Shown here: piece after piece, positions 57,617-64,000 of the stretch
Layout: every line of letters begins with the position of its first letter
Position numbering within the stretch: position 1 is the stretch's first letter
Origin: the human T2T-CHM13v2.0 reference genome, Homo sapiens
DNA length: 64,000 bases
Reading direction: 5' to 3' (one strand)
NCBI RefSeq assembly: GCF_009914755.1
Contig: NC_060935.1
Translations under genes and position numbers: made by a program
Notes under the pieces: generated by a model
Databases searched by the model: none
What the model was told of the DNA's origin: nothing
Seen by the model: only the letters and a program-made list of their open reading frames with translations

Positions 57617-60600
57617 TAAGAGAATTACTTTACTGACAGTTTGTGTCATTATTTATATTCAATAAATATTGAAAGCCATGTGCTTTCTCCTAGAGGATCT
57701 GTACAGTTTATTGACATTAAAATGAGTTGGTTTTTTAAACTTGTGAAGGTTGTACATTTTAGTTCTACATTTTGGTTCATCAGCTAGTTCTGTTCTGAAT
57801 TCATCCGAGGTTGTGCTGTCTCTCAGCAGCCATTCTTCAACTCTACAGTTATATTTTCCTGCTAGCCCATTTTCTCCATAACGTGTCTTAGATTATTCTT
57901 GCTGTTCTTATAAAGCATATTTTGCTCTTTGGTAATGCTATTTAAATAATTTTAATAGATTTTAATTACAAGTGGTATAGGCATTAAGTGATAGTAAAAC
58001 TAGTTCTGCATGTAGTAGAATATATGTAATCAGGAAATTGGCTTCCCAGAGATCAATACCCTCTGCCATTAAAATAATTATAGACAGTTCAACTGAAGCA
58101 AAAAAAAAATATAAGTCATTCAACATTGTGGCGACCACAATTTTCTTAACACTTCAACAACCTATGAGGATCAGTTTTAGGAGGAGCTTTAGTGCATGAT
58201 TGAGGTTGTGTCACTTACAAAGAACACTTTGAAACTGGAGCAGAGGGTGGCTAAAGACACATCTGTATTCTAGAAGCCTATCAAAAATGTAGCCAAGTAA
58301 CTAAAGCTGACATTCAGAACAGATATGAGAATATAGAACATGAAAAGTATGAAGTCTAAAACTAGAAGCAGGATTAGTATAGTCCAAATGCAATCAGCAA
58401 GTAAAACTAACATTAGCATGGAAGATAACACAATGAAAATATCTGTGAGACATGGAAGTACGCAGAAAGACATGGCTCTGCAGTTTAGTAGTTGCTTAAT
58501 CTTAAGCATAAACATCAGGTTATTTAACTATAAAGGGATACAATATGTACCTCACAGTCTTGTTTTGAAGACTGAATCAGAAAAAAATGCATGCAAAATG
58601 CCCATCTCAAAGTAGACATCCAATAAATAATGTGGAATGAAAATGACAGTTGAATAAATCCTAGGTAAACACTTGTCTCCTCCTTCTAGCTAGACTTCTA
58701 CCAAGATTCTGGTATAATTCATCCCTAATTCTGTTCTGTGAGTCTCTTCTCATATTAGGCCTTCTCATCTTCTCTGCTCTATGCTGAATGTATGGATGGG
58801 TTCTGCCCTGCATGACACTTCATTCAATGTAAGAGCTAGTCTCATTCATACTTTTACCTTTCCTCCTCTAGCTTTATTTTTCGTGTGTCCGAAATGATAC
58901 TATGTGATCTTAAAAGTGCATCCATTAGTCTAAAATTTTAAAATTTATTAAATAAGTAATGAATTCATGAGTGCTTATTGTTTATGTTTTTCTGCATGTT
59001 TGAAATATTTTAGAACATGTATTTTACAAAATAAGGAAAACAAAAGAAGAAATTGAACTGTTAATTCACTCATCCATCCATTCTCCATCTCCTAAGATAT
59101 TTTTTAACATGCAATGTTCTAGGCATTTGGTGTGAAACACATTTTTACTCTTAAAGGATTCATGATATAGAAAGGGCATGAGAAATATCAGTAGATTTTA
59201 TGCATTGTGGTGAGTGCAATGACAAAGGTTAATTGAGGGTAGAATGAGAAAATGCAAGATAGTCCTCCAGCTTATCCTCAGAGAAGGTCTGTAGATCAGA
59301 AAATGCTTTCTTGAAGCTATGACACCTGAGATGTATCTTACAGTATGTGTAGAAATTATGCAAGTGAATAAAAGAGAAAAACATTGTTTGTTAAGAGAAA
59401 GAACATGTGCTAATTTCTAAATTCTATAGAAGTATGACATCTCAGTGTTATTGCAGAACTTCAGTATCCTAAGGAACAAGGTTTTAATTGGAGAAAAAAA
59501 GGCAATTGAGGTTGCTAACATGAGAAGGAGAGACCAATTTAAAACAATGATATTTAATTATATCCAATAAAATACTTATTCCCTAGCTCTCTAGACCAAA
59601 AATAGCCTAAAAGTATTGAAAGCATTATAGTGATAAACACTAACAGCACCAATTTATGGTCTTTAATGAAAATGGTGAACATTTATTAAGTACTTAATAT
59701 GTGTCAGACCTTATATTGAATGTTTAATATCTATTAAATTATTTGAAACTCCAAATAGTCCTGTCTAGTAGAGTTGAGAACACTCAGGTTGTGATAAGTG
59801 AAATTACTGAACAAATCTTAAGTATATGCTGATTCTCTTCCTCCTTTTCTCTTGCCATGGGGCCTGAGACTAATAACTGGCAGTCCTTGGATATTACATC
59901 AGAGATTCTGACTTCATAACATCAAATTAAGGGTCAGTGACTTATACAATTTGTTTATGCCCCAGGTATTTACCATAAGGTGTTAGGAATAATAGATGTT
60001 CAATATTTATTGAACAAATGAGTGAGTGTAAACTTCAAATATAAAGAGATGATGGCTACATATTTTTTTCTTGAACTTCAAACGTGCACACACAAATATA
60101 ATCATAATGATCATTGACTCACAAATCATAATGTAGGTTGACTAATATCCACTAATTAGCAAAATATTGAACACAAATGCATCAATTTGTCTCCCAAAAG
60201 AAATGCACTAAATACACAAAACTTTAGAAGTCTTCACTACAGTTAAAAATATATCATGTTTAGAGGTTGTTAGGTAGCCACATTATTATTCTGAAAATTG
60301 AAAAATGAAGGACAAGAATCAAACATTTACCCCGCTTTTCTTGTACAGGGTAACTAAATAGTTCATGAAGAAAGTTATTCTTTACAAAAAAAAGGGGATA
60401 ACCATTCTTGCAACCTTTAATAAAATACCAAATGTAGGATATACTTATCAGTGAAAATAAAACCATATAAAAGTTTGCTAGAGAATTATGTAATTGAAAG
60501 GACAGTCTGACATCACTTCAAGCTGCTGATAAATTTTAAAAACAAATACTGAGAAAACCAGATAATATGGTCCTCTAGTATATCAAAATAAGTATTACTT

Positions 60601-60795
60601 AACAATGCCTGTGAAGTAATTGTTAAGAAAAGCAATAACAAAATTCAACTTGTATATAATAAAATCTCTAGATCTAACTCCCTGATTGTAGAAAATGCAA
60701 GATATTATTATTGAAAATGTATAAAATGATAGAAAATACAGGATAATGAGCATGTTAAATTCATAGAGATAAAAGTTGTTAACCCCGAAATGTGA

Positions 60796-61147
<352 letters not shown>

Positions 61148-61799
61148 GCATTTTTTTTTAAAAAAGGAAACTTATAACTTAATAGAAATTGATAAAATAG
61201 ATCAACCAAAATGCAGTGTATATACCTGTTTGAATCTTGACAAAAATACTTTTGAGATAATTAAAGTAAATTAACCATAAATTTGATACCTGATATTAAA
61301 GAATTATTGTTCTTTTTGTTTGAGATATGTTTGTGTAAGATACGTGGTTTTGTTTTTATGTTCTTAATTGTTAGCAATATATACCGAAATTAGAGGTAGA
61401 ATATGCTATCTGAGTTTTGTTTTAAAACATTCCAGAATTTTTAAACTAGTAGAAACAAAACAGAAAAATGCTGGATGTTGAAACTTGGAGGTAAGTAAAT
61501 GCTAGTTTATTATATTATTTTTTACTGATTTGAGCATATTTCTTTCCACAGTAAATTTTTTTCTTTAAATGGTAGCTACTGATACTGAGATAATTATATT
61601 AGTTGTATTTAATAAATGGTAGCTACCATTATAATTGAAAGGAGGGCTGAGAAACAAAGACAGAAAATGGATTCAAACTACTACCAAATAAAAGAGCAAA
61701 TACCAGTGATCTGAGTGAGGAAAATGAGGAAAATTGACCAGGTTAACACAAGTGAGTGGCTGAATAATCTATACAAATACCAGAAATAGAGGACCAGTG

Positions 61800-62720
61800 A
61801 TTGTGGCTAGTTGATACTCAAACTCAACTTATCTAAAATTGAGCCTATATTCAATTCCCATAAACATTTATCCTCTATTGTTTCTTATTTTAGTTAATGG
61901 CACAAGCCAAAAACCTAGCACATAGCCCTAAATCTTCTTTCCCTTCACTTCTTACTGCTCTTGAATTTATCACCTATGTATCTCTCAAATTCATTAACTT
62001 ATGCCCATCTCAGAGATCATTACTCTAGTCTAAGCAATGTCATGTTTGCCTGGTTTACATCAATAATATCCTAACAGTAATCTCCACATTTAATCTAGCT
62101 CCCACCCCACATCTGTTCTCACCTCAGTAGCTTGAGTGAAAAGTTTTAAATTCATGTATCGTTACCCAAAATTTTGCTACAAAGCCTTTATGGACTATGA
62201 GCTGGTCCATACACACACCTTCATTCTTATATCACGCCTCTACCATATTGGGGGTTGCAGCCACCTTAACTGTCCTTAAATCCCTTGAATATACCAACCT
62301 ACTTCCACTTTGGAGACTTTGCACATGCTATTCTCTCTGCCTGGAAAGCTCACACTCCTACTGTTCTCTCTGTCATCAAACAGACTTCTAGTGATCCCTC
62401 AAGTGTCACTTGAAATGTCACTTCTCCCATAAAATTATCCCTGACTATCCCTTCTCTTGTGAGACTAGAAAGGCCCTTCTGTCATGTTCCCTAATTTCTC
62501 TCTTTAATTTTCTCTTATAGCAACCTAAAAAGTAATTTAATCCAGAAAAAAAGTTATTTAAAGTAATGTAGTTAAAATTATTATTTAAAATCACTAAAAT
62601 TAAAATAGTATTTTAAGAGGCAATATCCTTCCTGATGATAGAGATTTTTGTTGTGCTTACCATCACATTCCCATCTCTCCCCATGTCTGCAAGTAAATAC
62701 TTGCAGAGTATTTACTGAAC
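61800..62720 (+). mobile_element. L2 fragments (decayed)
   Basis: CTCAAACTCAAC...CAAGCCAAAAACCTAG...CTTTGCACATGCTATTCTCTCTGCCTGGAA...AATGTCACTTC motifs. Confidence 0.6.
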
Positions 62721-63068
62721 CCCTAATTCTACTTTATAGAGCATTGCAGTAATTTCATGTCAGGTCATACAATAATCTCCCAAAATAGGATAGGACCCTT
62801 TCAAATCCCACAACTGAAGATACCTAAAGAATGTACATCTAGAGTCAGGAAGAAAGCACTCTAAATGGGATTTAATATTTAGGAACCCAAGACTGGCAAT
62901 AAGACTGAAGACTACAACACGTGTAGGCCAGAGGAGACAGTGGCCTATACTGGGGACAAATAAAGAGGTCTGTCCTATTTAAGAAAATCAACCCTGTAAA
63001 GGAAATTAATAGGACTAAGTACATTTTAGTAATTCCTCTAAGCAGGCTCTAAAGATTATGAAAAATAG

Positions 63069-63428
<360 letters not shown>

Positions 63429-63671
63429 TGATGAAGACTTTCTAAGTTATTTCACTGGAAGCCTGATAGTGGGGCAAGTGTAAGGCAAAATTCTTAATTA
63501 AATTGAACATGATAAGTTGAATTCTGTCTTCGAGAACATAGAAAAGAATTATGAAATGCCACATGTGGTTACAAGTAATGCAGACCCAAGGCTCCCCAGG
63601 GACAAGAAGTCTTGTGTTAATCTCTTTGTGGCTCTGAAAGAAAGAGAGAGAGAAAAGATTAAGCCTCCTTG

Positions 63672-63691
63672 TGGAGATCATGTGATGACTT
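63672..63691 (+). promoter_or_regulatory. TYR: Tyrosinase distal element (TDE), an MITF-binding enhancer upstream of TYR
   Basis: TGGAGATCATGTGATGACTT with the TCATGTGA core at 63678-63685. The surrounding 62850-64000 matches my recollection of the human TYR 5' flank. The TYR exons lie beyond the window end. Confidence 0.8.
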
Positions 63692-64000
63692 CCTGATTCC
63701 AGCCAGAGGCAGCATTTCCATGGAAACTTCTCTTCCTCTTCACCCACACACTGCTCCATGTACCTGCAAAGCCTGTTCTGTCTCAAAAAAGTTGTTTGGA
63801 TGAGCCGTGACTTTTTTTTTTCTTAAATAATGAGACAAACTCCAGAAAAAGAGAAAAAAGCAGAGCAGTCTGACATTCCGGCATCATCGAAATAGTGATG
63901 GCTTTTCCTAGAATGCTTCAGCTAAGGACCCAAATACTAATGATCTCCTCAAAGCTTTCACTTTCTTTTACTTTTTCATTAATTTCAGTGGACCCCCAAA

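Overview
Human non-coding DNA, AT-rich and dominated by repeats; the human-specific AluYa5 copies fix the species. From memory I recognise the last ~1.1 kb as the 5' flank of the tyrosinase gene (TYR, 11q14.3), including the MITF-bound tyrosinase distal element (TDE, GAGATCATGTGATGAC). The window would then be the intergenic region ending roughly 1.6 kb before the TYR start; this needs BLAT confirmation. I find no host protein-coding exon, RNA gene or CRISPR array; the ORFs I can assign are transposon remnants or translations of simple repeats. Contents: a full-length Tigger1, many L1 copies (L1PA, L1PB, L1M), MaLR/ERVL/ERV1 solo LTRs, Alus, and micro- and minisatellites. The most notable structures are (1) a ~690-bp non-TE polyadenylated retro-insert with TSDs, nested in an L1PB that is itself nested in an L1MA; (2) a ~335-bp-arm inverted duplication whose spacer consists of abortive re-primed copies of the arm; (3) two young same-orientation AluYa5 insertions just upstream of the TDE; (4) up to six L1s with twin-priming inversions; (5) a ~138-bp tandem array in an old L1 5' end; and (6) candidate MITF/SOX10 enhancer sites. 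I see no evidence for a new multi-gene system. Repeat subfamily names come from recalled diagnostic sequence, not from RepeatMasker.
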